In this document: positions 1-8,609 of the stretch, in pieces
Numbering within the stretch: the stretch's first letter is position 1
Layout: every line of letters starts with the position of its first letter
NCBI GenBank assembly: GCA_963837465.1
Contig: CAWINB010000001.1
Span: 629,646-693,645 of the forward strand
Reading direction: 5' to 3'
DNA length: 64,000 nt
Origin: Candidatus Doudnabacteria bacterium
GTDB taxonomy: Bacteria; Patescibacteriota; Doudnabacteria; UBA920
Program-made: the position numbers and the translations under genes
Notes under the pieces: generated by a model
Database searches by the model: none
The model's input: the letters and a program-made list of their open reading frames with translations, nothing else
Told to the model about the DNA's origin: nothing

Positions 1-830
1 AGCGTGGATAAATTCCTGGCAAACCGCGACAGGTAAATTTTAATGAAAATATCGCCGATGATGGGAAATTTAATCTTAAGCAAATCCCAATAATGTCTGC
101 CTATATCGGTGGAAGTATAATAACGGGAGCCCAAAATTAACCCGGCGACACCAATAAAACAAAGCCACCAGAACTGGTTAAAAAAATTAGAAAAATCAAT
201 AATAGCCACGGTTACCGGCGGTAAGCTGCCGCCTTGTTCTATAAGCACCGAGGTTAAATTGGGTATAACGAACTTAAACATCAGCAGCGCGATGCCGACC
301 AAAGCCACCAGTACGAATATCGGGTAGGTCATGGCGCTTTTGACTTTGCCTTTAAGTTCGTAATCCTTTTCCAGCTGGTCCGCCAGATAAACCAGGGACT
401 TATCCAAAGAACCTGAAGCCTCGCCGGCTATAACCAAATTAACGTAAACGTTGCCGAAAACTTTTTCGTGCCTGGCCATGGCGGAAGAAAGGCTGTCGCC
501 GTTCTGCACCGCCGTGACCAAATCTTCGGTAATGGACAGCAGGTACTTGGAAGTCAGCTGTTCCTCCAGTATTTTTAAAGCCTGGATTATTGGGACGCGG
601 GCGGAAATAAGCGTGGCCAACTGTCGCGAAAAAAGCACCAGGTCCTTATTGCTGACCGACTTGCCGAAAGGGTTGAATTTTTCAAACGGGTTGTCTTCCT
701 GTTTGGCCAAAGAAATAATAACCAGGCCGTTTTCGGCCAGCAAATGCTCGGCTTTGCCCTCGTCCTGGGCTACCACCACCCCGCTTTGGATAGCCCCCTC
801 CGCGTTTTTTGCTTTGTATGAAAAGTTCAT
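1..830 (-). CDS. pilC: Type IV pilus assembly platform protein PilC/GspF family (partial; 3' end runs off the window start)
   Basis: The minus-strand translation from the ATG at 830 (reverse complement of cat at 828-830) is MNFSYKAKNAEGAIQSGVVVAQDEGKAEHLLAENGLVIISLAKQEDNPFEKF...LATLISARVPIIQALKILEEQLTSKYLL...GEASGSLDKSLVYLADQLEKDYELKGKVKSAMTYPIFVLVALVGIALLMFKFVIP. This is the typical GspF/PilC domain-1 and TM pattern. The ORF has no stop inside the window, which is why it is missing from the ORF track. Confidence 0.8.
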   Translation of the reverse strand, partial: MNFSYKAKNAEGAIQSGVVVAQDEGKAEHLLAENGLVIISLAKQEDNPFEKFNPFGKSVSNKDLVLFSRQLATLISARVPIIQALKILEEQLTSKYLLSITEDLVTAVQNGDSLSSAMARHEKVFGNVYVNLVIAGEASGSLDKSLVYLADQLEKDYELKGKVKSAMTYPIFVLVALVGIALLMFKFVIPNLTSVLIEQGGSLPPVTVAIIDFSNFFNQFWWLCFIGVAGLILGSRYYTSTDIGRHYWDLLKIKFPIIGDIFIKIYLSRFARNLST

Positions 831-835
831 TGGTA

Positions 836-1068
836 AGTTGTATGTTGTAAGTTGGTAAGTTGGTAAGTAACTTAGAAGCTGTTTAAAAAGTCATTTGGGC
901 CGCAATTCCAGAATGTTTGGCGCCTTGCCGAAAAAAATTTTTCCGCTTAGCTTTAGGCTAAACGTCAAAATTTGTTTCCGTCAATCCGCGCAAAATTCTG
1001 TAATTTCGCCTACAAAGCACTTTTTAAACATCTTCTTAGAACTTACAACTTACCAACTTACAACTTGT
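836..1068. repeat. Intergenic spacer between pilT and pilC bounded by inverted GTTGGTAAGTTG-type repeats
   Basis: Positions 836-875 read gttgtaagttggtaagttggtaagt. Positions 1040-1066 read acttacaacttaccaacttacaac, which is the reverse complement. The two flank a spacer of about 160 bp. Confidence 0.7.
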
Positions 1069-2139
1069 TTACGATATCAACGACATAAAGTACTCCTTGT
1101 CCACGACAAAATTCTGCGCCGCGTCAAGATCCACTTGTCCCTGCTTGACCAAAAGGGCCAGTATTTTATCCAGCGGCACCATCCCCTCTTCCAGGCTGGT
1201 GTGGATGATGTTGGAGATTTCGTAAATTTTGTTGTCGCGGATAACATTCCTGACCGCGTGGTTGACCATTAAAATTTCGTAAGCCGGAACCCTTCCGCCG
1301 CCTATCTTGGGCAAAAGCCTTAAGGAGACAACCCCCACCAGCACCGAGGCCAGCTGGGCGCGAATCTGCTGCTGCTGATCCGGGGAAAAAACATCAACAA
1401 TACGGTCTATGGTCTGGGCGGCATTGTTGGTGTGGAGGGTGGCAAAAACCAAGTGGCCGGTTTCCGCCACTGTCAGAGCCGCGGAAACGGACTCCAGGTC
1501 GCGCATCTCCCCTACCAGCACCACGTTAATATCCTCCCGCAACGCCGCCCGCAGGGCGCTGCCAAAACTTGGCGTATCCAGATACAACTCCCTTTGGGAA
1601 ATAATGGATTTATTGGGCGTAAACACAAATTCAATAGGGTCTTCAATGGTCAAAATATGTTCGGCCCGCGTTTGGTTTATTTCATTGACCATAGCAGCCA
1701 AAGCCGTTGATTTGCCGTGTCCTGTCGGGCCAACCATCAGCACCAGGCCCTGCTTCCTTTGTATGAACTGTTTCAGCACGCTCGGCAAATTCAACTCTTC
1801 CATGGTTTTGATATGATTTGGAATGACCCGTAAGGCAACCCCCAAAACACCCTTTTGCCTGTAGGCATTTACGCGAAAACGGATATTGTCCTTAAACGCG
1901 TAGGAAAAATCAACCTCCATATCCTGGTCGAACATTTTTTTCTGCTCCGGAGTCAGAAGGATGCCGAGCAAATCATTAACACTGTCGTTGGACAGGACCT
2001 CGTAGTTATCCAGACGCAAAAGTTCCGTGTCCACGCGGATAACCGGAGGTTCGCCGACCATTAAGTGCAAATCCGAAGCGTCCCGCTCCAGGATGACCGA
2101 AAGCAGTTTATTTAATTCCAGTTCACTGGCTTTGTACAT
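1069..2139 (-). CDS. pilT: Twitching motility ATPase PilT
   Basis: 356 aa. Walker A GPTGHGKST; motifs IEDPIEF, GEMRD, TLHTN and AYEILMVNHAVRNVIRDNK are typical of PilT/PilU retraction ATPases. Confidence 0.9.
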   Translation of the reverse strand: MYKASELELNKLLSVILERDASDLHLMVGEPPVIRVDTELLRLDNYEVLSNDSVNDLLGILLTPEQKKMFDQDMEVDFSYAFKDNIRFRVNAYRQKGVLGVALRVIPNHIKTMEELNLPSVLKQFIQRKQGLVLMVGPTGHGKSTALAAMVNEINQTRAEHILTIEDPIEFVFTPNKSIISQRELYLDTPSFGSALRAALREDINVVLVGEMRDLESVSAALTVAETGHLVFATLHTNNAAQTIDRIVDVFSPDQQQQIRAQLASVLVGVVSLRLLPKIGGGRVPAYEILMVNHAVRNVIRDNKIYEISNIIHTSLEEGMVPLDKILALLVKQGQVDLDAAQNFVVDKEYFMSLIS

Positions 2140-2149
2140 AATATTTGGA

Positions 2150-2192
2150 CGATTAACGATTAACGATTAACGATTAACGATTAACGATTAAC
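2150..2192. repeat. Tandem heptamer repeat (CGATTAA) x6 immediately upstream of pilT
   Basis: Direct read of cgattaacgattaacgattaacgattaacgattaacgattaacc, followed by the related motifs ggttaatggttaattgccaattgtcaattg up to 2231. Confidence 0.9.
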
Positions 2193-2231
2193 CCCATGGT
2201 AAAACGGCGGTTAATGGTTAATTGCCAATTG

Positions 2232-2651
2232 TCAATTGTTTAAGAGCGCTTTGACTATGTCAACCACATCCTGCGGACGGGTTAGCTGTCGGTTAATATG
2301 GCCGGTCGCTCCGGCGTTCATAAGAAGGCCCAGATTTTTGGCGTTTAAATTATAAGCCGTGGTCACGACAAGCAAACGGGGAAACTCGGACTTAAAGTCA
2401 GCTCCCAGCAGATGCTCGACGCCCCGGCTGTCGGCATTAACCAAAAGCAGGTGGGGGGAAAAATTCGCGAGTGCCGCTTTTATTTGGTCCAAACGCGGAC
2501 AATGCTTAATATCAAAATTATGAGCCTCCAAATAATGGCCGTAAAGGGCCGAGAGATAGCTTTCCGGCTCTGAAATGAGGATTTTTTTTGGCGGAGCGGA
2601 CAAACCGGCCAAATCCTTTAAATATAATTTTTGTCTGAATAAATAAGCCAT
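2232..2651 (-). CDS. CheY-like receiver-domain protein (possibly atypical or degenerate) embedded in the pilus operon
   Basis: 139 aa. KILISEPESYLSALYGHYLEAHNFDIKH...LLLVNADS...LLVVTTAYN resembles a response-regulator receiver fold. It sits between pilB and pilT. The phospho-acceptor context is not canonical. Confidence 0.45.
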   Translation of the reverse strand: MAYLFRQKLYLKDLAGLSAPPKKILISEPESYLSALYGHYLEAHNFDIKHCPRLDQIKAALANFSPHLLLVNADSRGVEHLLGADFKSEFPRLLVVTTAYNLNAKNLGLLMNAGATGHINRQLTRPQDVVDIVKALLNN

Positions 2652-2656
2652 GTGTT

Positions 2657-2731
2657 TTAACGATTAACAATTGACGATTAACAATTAACATAAAGGCACA
2701 GTTAATTGTAAATTGTTAATCGTTAATTGTT
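2657..2731. repeat. Palindromic TTAACGATTAACAATTGAC / GTTAATTGTTAA repeat cluster upstream of the receiver gene
   Basis: ttaacgattaacaattgacgattaacaattaac ... gttaattgtaaattgttaatcgttaattgtt. The two halves are approximately reverse complements. It contains the 22-mer caattgacgattaacaattaac, which recurs at 38977. Confidence 0.85.
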
Positions 2732-2738
2732 GTCTCCC

Positions 2739-4496
2739 TTACTCCGTTGTCACCCTGATGATTTCATCCATAGTTGTTTCTCCGCGCAGGATTTTAAGTA
2801 TGCCGTCCTGCTTCATGGTAATCATCCCGAGTTTGCGGGCCTCTTCGTAAATTTTACCGGATGAGGCATGGGCCAGCACCAGGTCCTGGATTTCCGGGGT
2901 ACAGGGCAGCACCTCGTAAATCCCCTCGCGGCCCTTATAGCCGGTATGTCCGCACTTGTCGCAGCCTTCGCCTTTTGAAATTTTTAAATTTTTTGTGTCC
3001 AAACCCTCCAGGTAATCATCCGGCACTCCAACCAGCTGCTTTCTTATTTCATCTTCCACAATCTTGGTCAGTTCCGTCGGTTTTACGCAATTAGGACAAA
3101 TTTTCCGAACCAAGCGCTGGGCAGCCACAACATTCACGGACGCCGCCAGCAAAAAAGCCTCCACGCCCATATCCATAAGCCTGGCCATGGCACCTATGGC
3201 GTTGTTGGTATGCAGGGTGGAAAAAACCAAGTGGCCGGTAAGAGCAGCCTGCACGGCCAGTTCGGCGGTCTCCTTGTCGCGGATTTCACCGACCATAACG
3301 ATATTGGGGTCCTGACGCAAAATACTGCGGAGCCCGGCGGCAAAAGTCATGCCGATGTCGGAATTTATCTGGCTTTGGTTGACGCCTTCAATAAAATATT
3401 CCACAGGGTCTTCCAGAGTCACAATATTAACCGCGGTGGTATTTAAGATGGAAAGGATGGCGTAAAGAGTCGTTGACTTACCGCTGCCGGTAGGGCCGGT
3501 AATAAGAAAAATACCATGGGTTTTTTTAATGTTGTCCTTAACCCAGGTTAAAGCCCTGCCCCTGAAGCCCAACTGTTCCAAAGTCGGCACGCTGCCGGTT
3601 TTATCCAGAATACGCATGACAATTTTTTCACCGTAGATGAGCGGCAAAATTGAAACACGCAAATCAACGGATTTTTTTCCCACATCCATATGGAAGCGGC
3701 CGTCCTGGGGCAGGCGCGATTCATCAATTTTCAGATTGGACAAAATTTTAATTCTGGTCATAATCGCCTGATGAACGCTTTTGGGCAGCATCAGGGAAGT
3801 ATGCAGGATACCGTCTATGCGGTAACGCACGCGGACGTCTTTTTCCGAAGGCTCAATATGGATATCGGAAGCGTTGGCCTCAATGGCGTTGGTTAAAATT
3901 ACCTCCACAATCTTGATAATCGGCGCCTCTTCCAGCACCACGGACTTGGTTTCTTTTTTCTCCTCCGCCGGCTTGCGCACGTCTTCCTTGGTCTGGATAT
4001 CCTTTAACGCCTCGCCGACAACTTTTTTTAAATTCTGCTTTTTGCCTATGACTACGCCCACGGAAGTTTCCGAGGCCAGATAAAGCTGGACCTGGAAATT
4101 CTGTTTCTGTCCCAAAAATTCCAAAGCCTCCAGGGCCGAAAGGTTGGCAGGATCGGTAATGGCGACCTTTAGGCCGCGGCCGGAGAGTTCAAAGGGCACA
4201 AAGTTGTAAAAATTTACCGACTCCTGGGGAATTAAGGAAAGCACCGAAGCCGGGACTTGCGTCTGCCGCAAATCCACGTAAGGTATGTTAAAGAAAGCGG
4301 CTCTGGCTTTGGCCAAATCCTCTTCTTCCAAAGCTTTCTGCGCGACCAGCAATTGGCCAAAATCCTGGCCGGTTTGCTGCTGCATGGCCTGGATTTCCGC
4401 GGCTACCTGAGCTTTAACAAAACCATTGTCGACCAGAAACTTTTCAAAGCCGAGGGAAGCGGAGTTCGCCAAACTGGTTTTTAATTGAGGGTCCAT
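2739..4496 (-). CDS. pilB: Type IV pilus assembly ATPase PilB (GspE family with N-terminal GSPII_E_N domain)
   Basis: 585 aa. Walker A GPTGSGKSTTLYA, VEDPVEY, GEIRD, TLHTN, and the tetracysteine CPNC...CDKCGHTGYKGR. Confidence 0.9.
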   Translation of the reverse strand: MDPQLKTSLANSASLGFEKFLVDNGFVKAQVAAEIQAMQQQTGQDFGQLLVAQKALEEEDLAKARAAFFNIPYVDLRQTQVPASVLSLIPQESVNFYNFVPFELSGRGLKVAITDPANLSALEALEFLGQKQNFQVQLYLASETSVGVVIGKKQNLKKVVGEALKDIQTKEDVRKPAEEKKETKSVVLEEAPIIKIVEVILTNAIEANASDIHIEPSEKDVRVRYRIDGILHTSLMLPKSVHQAIMTRIKILSNLKIDESRLPQDGRFHMDVGKKSVDLRVSILPLIYGEKIVMRILDKTGSVPTLEQLGFRGRALTWVKDNIKKTHGIFLITGPTGSGKSTTLYAILSILNTTAVNIVTLEDPVEYFIEGVNQSQINSDIGMTFAAGLRSILRQDPNIVMVGEIRDKETAELAVQAALTGHLVFSTLHTNNAIGAMARLMDMGVEAFLLAASVNVVAAQRLVRKICPNCVKPTELTKIVEDEIRKQLVGVPDDYLEGLDTKNLKISKGEGCDKCGHTGYKGREGIYEVLPCTPEIQDLVLAHASSGKIYEEARKLGMITMKQDGILKILRGETTMDEIIRVTTE

Positions 4497-4518
4497 AAAT
4501 AAGGGGTTTAAACAAGTT

Positions 4519-4815
4519 CTAAGGAGCTGTCGCGGGTGCCTGAATCAGGTTTTGCGGGGGTATTCCAATCTGGCCAGGGCTAACCTGCTGATACCGCACT
4601 TGTCCAAATTGAAAAGGACGGCTGGTTAAGACGCTGAAATCCAGGCTGTTACCATAGGGTAAAATGCTTTGGGGAGTCTGGACGGACTGGGCAACGGCCG
4701 CATTGGCCGCTAACTCAGACGGGCTGTTGGATTTAAAAAACCCATTATATAAAACCAGACCCGCGGCCGCGAAACAAATCAACATTATTATAATTTGGAT
4801 ATTTTGCTTACTCAT
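4519..4815 (-). CDS. Small membrane-anchored hypothetical protein in the pilus operon
   Basis: 98 aa with an N-terminal TM segment (IIIMLICFAAAGLVLY). The gene is operonic with pilO and pilB. Confidence 0.35.
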   Translation of the reverse strand: MSKQNIQIIIMLICFAAAGLVLYNGFFKSNSPSELAANAAVAQSVQTPQSILPYGNSLDFSVLTSRPFQFGQVRYQQVSPGQIGIPPQNLIQAPATAP

Positions 4816-4862
4816 TTCAATTTAAGACCTGTTTTTAAATTTTTAAGATATATCCCGGTTAA

Positions 4863-5501
4863 TTAAGGAGCCAAATAATATGAATTGACCCCTATCTGCA
4901 AACTAAGCTCGCCTTTGGTGGAGCTGGTTATATTTAAAGAATCGATATCAATAATCCGGCCGCTGTTTTCTATTTTTTCCAAAAATGCTTCCAGTTGGTC
5001 AAAACTACCGACAACCGAGACGGAACCGGATAAAGTATGAAGTGTCCTTTGGGCGCCGTAAGGGTTGTCCAACAGGCTCTTATCCCCCGACACCACATCG
5101 TCGGTTTGTCCGGATAAGGTGATACTGTCTATGCTCACTCCTACTGACTGGGCCAGACTCTGAACCAATAGCTGCAGCCTTATCACATTGCCGTCCAAAG
5201 GCAACGCCTCATCCAGCTGCTGAACTTGCTGCTGGTTGGCATTAAGCTGCGGCACTAACTGCCGCAGGGTTTTTAAAGTGGTGGCCATTTGGGATTCCTG
5301 CCCCCGCAAAGTAGCTAATGAGGCTTGGGAGGTTGCGATTTCAGCTTTTTTAGGCAGGACCACAAACCACCAAAACAGGCCGATTATCGCCACCATAAGA
5401 ACTGATTCCATAATGGAATTTCTTTGGGAGCCAGCTTTGGGTTTTAGGCTGGATTTGGCGTTAGCCGTGAAGTTTACGTTTTGCAATAAGTTAGCGCTCA
5501 T
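4863..5501 (-). CDS. pilO: PilO-like bitopic pilus alignment protein
   Basis: 212 aa. Single TM (VLMVAIIGLFWWFVVL), then a Q-rich coiled coil, then a periplasmic domain. The position after the pilM-pilN genes matches the conserved pilMNO order. Call made from topology and context. Confidence 0.55.
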   Translation of the reverse strand: MSANLLQNVNFTANAKSSLKPKAGSQRNSIMESVLMVAIIGLFWWFVVLPKKAEIATSQASLATLRGQESQMATTLKTLRQLVPQLNANQQQVQQLDEALPLDGNVIRLQLLVQSLAQSVGVSIDSITLSGQTDDVVSGDKSLLDNPYGAQRTLHTLSGSVSVVGSFDQLEAFLEKIENSGRIIDIDSLNITSSTKGELSLQIGVNSYYLAP

Positions 5502-5836
5502 GGAGTGTTTGGCAAAATAATGTTCTTGGAGTCTGTTTAATAAAGGTTCCCCGCGGCAGAGCTGACGAGGTATTAACGCGGGAGCGGCTATCTTTTCGGA
5601 GCGGAGCTCCGCGGTGTTTAACCTGTATCAGCTCCCCGGTTCGGAAATTAAACAGCAAGCTGTTTAATTTCTCCCGCTCTTACGCCCGCGAATAAATTAC
5701 TTTTGTCGCGAAATTTCAGAATTTTGAGCGAAAAGCTTGAAATAAAATGAAATAATACTTAAGCATCGTGAGTTTTGACGAGAATTCTGCGGCCAAAATT
5801 CTGAAATTACAGCCAAATTAATGTTTAAACAGACCC

Positions 5837-6430
5837 CTAATTACCGGAGCCGGAAATTGCCGGATTGTACTGCACCAGAGAAGGATCGTAATCCATTTGG
5901 ACGTTGAATTTAATAGCGTTTGAGTCAGTACCGCCGACTTTATTAAATCCGTCTACGCGGACATTGCTAAAATACTTGTTAAAAGCCGGGAGATTAAAAA
6001 CCTGCATATACTGGTCAAGGTCCTGAAGGCTCGGCACTTCGGCCGACAAAGTTAAAGAATCGCTGGTCGGGTCTACCGTGAGGTTGTCATAGCTGGCGGT
6101 ATTTAGGGTGGCACTGGCCAATTCCGGAAATAATTGCGACCAATAAAGATGGGCGGCGACAAGGCTGTTTAAATCCTTAATCTGCAGTTGGCGGGTCAAA
6201 AGTTCCTGCCGCTGACTCAGATTATCCGCGGTCTCGCTGTCGTTGGCGAGCTGGGCCTGCGCGGCCACAGTTTGGTTTTCAATGCTGCGCTGCTTAAAAA
6301 AAAGCCAGGCGTAATAAACCAAAACCAAAAACAAGACCAACATGAAAAATCGGGCCAAAATTTTATAGGTCGCCGAACCTATGCTGTGGCGGGCGGCGGA
6401 GTTTTGTTTTAGTAAATTAATCTGAGCCAC
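5837..6430 (-). CDS. pilN: PilN-like bitopic pilus alignment protein
   Basis: 197 aa. Short cytoplasmic N-terminus (MAQINLLKQNS), a TM (FFMLVLFLVLVYYAWLFF), and a coiled coil. It lies immediately downstream of pilM. Confidence 0.55.
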   Translation of the reverse strand: MAQINLLKQNSAARHSIGSATYKILARFFMLVLFLVLVYYAWLFFKQRSIENQTVAAQAQLANDSETADNLSQRQELLTRQLQIKDLNSLVAAHLYWSQLFPELASATLNTASYDNLTVDPTSDSLTLSAEVPSLQDLDQYMQVFNLPAFNKYFSNVRVDGFNKVGGTDSNAIKFNVQMDYDPSLVQYNPAISGSGN

Positions 6431-6537
6431 GAAGTTTTTAAATTCCCAATTTCAAATTACAATTACCAAATGCGCGCGAAAAACAGCTGGGCATCGGGGC
6501 TTAATTTGAAATTTGATATTTGCAATTTGGCATTTTA

Positions 6538-7551
6538 TTATTCGTTTCTTAAAGATAGTCCGATGGCGATAGGAAGGCTTAAAGCATAGCGTTTTAGCAC
6601 AGCTTCGGAATCTTTTTTATAAGCCAAAGTTTTTAAAGGATTCCCCAGCTCCACCTTGACGTTTAAGTCGGCAAAAAAATCCACAATACCTGGCAAATTC
6701 GCGCCGCCGCCGACCAGTAATATCTTTTCTACCTGCATATTTTGCGAAGCGGAAATATTGAGCAGCTGCTTAACCTCATTTTTAATGGTATTTAAAACCG
6801 GCCGCACTGTTTCCGGAATAAAAGTAGACCCGCTGATCCCAAAATCCTTTTTAAACTGCTCGGCCCTGGCCAGGCTTATATTTAAAGTCTTGGCGATTTT
6901 ATCGGTAATGGTATCACCCCCGATACTTAAATTCCGCGAGAGTCTCAAAAAGCCATTCTCTATAATATTCAGTCCGGTACTGCAGGCTCCTATATCTATT
7001 ATAACACAGTTAACCGGCATGTTTCCTATTAAGGAACGGGTTAAAGCCAGCGCCTCGATTTCGCCGATTTCCGGGCTTAAACCAGCCAAATCAAAAACCT
7101 GCATATAATTTTTGGTGACCTGTTTGGGCACGGCTGTCAACAAAACTTTCTGGTTACCGCCCAGGCCGCTATGGTCGGCAATGACGGACCAGGATAAATC
7201 AACTTCCGACAAAGCCAACGGTACGTATTTTTTTGCCTCAAACTCCACGGCTGAAGCCAATTCACTCTCGTTCATTTTAGGCAACTGGATGACAGAGGTA
7301 AATACGGCGCTGTTGGGAAAACTAATGACACAGCGATTGGCAGTCACCCCGGCTTTTTCCACCAGAGACCTTAAGATATCAGCCGTTTGCTTAACCGCCA
7401 CCGCGCTATTTTTGCCGCTTAACTGATAAGGGGTGTTAACAATGCCGTAAGTATCCAAAACCGCCGCGCCTTCGTGGGTAATTTGCGCGATTTTAATATT
7501 GGAAGTTCCTATATCCACTCCCAAAATTGATTTTTTTTTGGAAAAAAACAT
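6538..7551 (-). CDS. pilM: Type IV pilus assembly protein PilM (actin-like ATPase fold)
   Basis: 337 aa. LGVDIGTSNIKIAQI near the N-terminus and LLVGGGANLPGI near the C-terminus are the actin/Hsp70-like phosphate motifs of PilM/FtsA. Confidence 0.85.
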   Translation of the reverse strand: MFFSKKKSILGVDIGTSNIKIAQITHEGAAVLDTYGIVNTPYQLSGKNSAVAVKQTADILRSLVEKAGVTANRCVISFPNSAVFTSVIQLPKMNESELASAVEFEAKKYVPLALSEVDLSWSVIADHSGLGGNQKVLLTAVPKQVTKNYMQVFDLAGLSPEIGEIEALALTRSLIGNMPVNCVIIDIGACSTGLNIIENGFLRLSRNLSIGGDTITDKIAKTLNISLARAEQFKKDFGISGSTFIPETVRPVLNTIKNEVKQLLNISASQNMQVEKILLVGGGANLPGIVDFFADLNVKVELGNPLKTLAYKKDSEAVLKRYALSLPIAIGLSLRNE

Positions 7552-7675
7552 TCAAATCCAATTTTTTTATTTCTTTTGGTAAACGGCCGGAAAAAGCAAA
7601 TTATTTCATTTATAATAATACATTTTGCGCCTGTTGTCAAAATTTTCAATATTTGGTAGAATTTGAAAGATGTAG

Positions 7676-7752
7676 GGGCGTATAGCTCAGTTGGTTAGAG
7701 CGCGTCACTGATAATGACGAGGTCCTTGGTTCGAATCCAAGTACGCCCACCA
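7676..7752 (+). tRNA. tRNA-Ile (anticodon GAT)
   Basis: Cloverleaf read by hand. Acceptor gggcgta/tacgccc; D-arm gctc agttggtta gagc; anticodon stem cgtca/tgacg with loop ctGATaa; T-arm cttgg ttcgaat ccaag; encoded CCA. Confidence 0.9.
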
Positions 7753-7870
7753 GCCTTCGCTAAAGCTTCGGCTGGCTTCGCCCCAATAAGTCAGCGTTGA
7801 TAAATACTTAAAAGCCGAAAATAGTACTCAGCGAAGGCCGCGCGCCGAAGTCTGACGAAGGCGGGCCTAT

Positions 7871-8116
7871 ATGTTTTACGTTTATCTTATTTAAAGTATT
7901 AAGTCCCCAAAAGAGCGCTACACAGGTTTTACAGAGGATTTGAAACAAAGGCTCAAAGACCATAATAGCGGAAAGTCAACGCGTACAAATAAATTTAAAC
8001 CTTGGACGTTAATATCATATTTCGCTTTTTCTGATATAAATACCGCTAAAAGTTTTGAAGCTTATTTTAAAACCGGTTCCGGCAGAGCATTTTTGAAAAA
8101 TCATTTTTTAATCTAA
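7871..8116 (+). pseudogene. GIY-YIG nuclease family small protein interrupted by a single in-frame TAA at codon 8
   Basis: The frame from the ATG at 7871 reads MFYVYLI*SIKSPKERYTGFTEDLKQRLKDHNSGKSTRTNKFKPWTLISYFAFSDINTAKSFEAYFKTGSGRAFLKNHFLI*. This is the classic roughly 80 aa GIY-YIG protein (consensus ...YVYILKS...). TAA at 7892-7894 replaces the expected Lys codon. Confidence 0.7.
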
Positions 8117-8121
8117 AACTC

Positions 8122-8406
8122 ATGCCTTTCCTGGCCCGTTTTTTCCTCTCCATACTCACTTTCGCCGCCGGAATTTTGTGTATGAAGTATTCCGTGCAGA
8201 TAACCGAGCAGTTTTCCGGCAAAATAGATTTGGCGGAAAAATACCTGGGTGCAGGCATTGGCGCCGGCACCTACACTTGGTGGAAACTTTTTGGCCTTAT
8301 TCTGTGCGTAATTGCCGTGCTGTGGCTGTTTAACAAATTGCCGGGCGGCGGCGGCGCCAATCAGGCGGGTGTTCCCACTTCGTTGATTACGCGGATGCTG
8401 GTATAA
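8122..8406 (+). CDS. Small hypothetical membrane protein
   Basis: 94 aa with two predicted TM segments and a Gly-rich tail. Confidence 0.35.
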   Translation: MPFLARFFLSILTFAAGILCMKYSVQITEQFSGKIDLAEKYLGAGIGAGTYTWWKLFGLILCVIAVLWLFNKLPGGGGANQAGVPTSLITRMLV

Positions 8407-8485
8407 CCCCGGATAAGCCTGGGGTTTTTAAAAAATACCGCGCTTCCTGGTTTTTCCAATCTCCAACTATCCAACATCCAAACAC

Positions 8486-8561
8486 GGGCCGTTAGCTCAC
8501 TTGGTAGAGCGCCACATTTGCAATGTGGAGGCAACCGGTTCGAATCCGGTACGGTCCACCA
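8486..8561 (+). tRNA. tRNA-Ala (anticodon TGC)
   Basis: Acceptor gggccgt/acggtcc with the G3:U70 wobble pair, which is the Ala identity element. Anticodon stem ccaca/tgtgg with loop ttTGCaa; T-arm accgg ttcgaat ccggt; encoded CCA. Confidence 0.9.
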
Positions 8562-8609
8562 TATCGATTTTTAAAAGACAAAGTTTTAAAATAAACTTTA
8601 AATTACCCC

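Noticed and set aside
451-858. 135 aa plus-strand ORF
   Set aside because: It lies antisense to the clearly conserved PilC coding sequence on the minus strand. It has no motifs and is an antisense artefact.
2150-2731. Possible CRISPR array, given the short regularly spaced repeats
   Set aside because: The units are 7 bp tandem repeats or palindromes with no unique spacers of 25-40 bp and no cas genes nearby. This is not CRISPR architecture.
7892-7894. In-frame TAA in the GIY-YIG gene as evidence of stop-codon reassignment
   Set aside because: TAA terminates many well-conserved genes in this window, including the same GIY-YIG ORF, and no other conserved gene contains in-frame TAA. A nonsense mutation or base-call error is far more likely.
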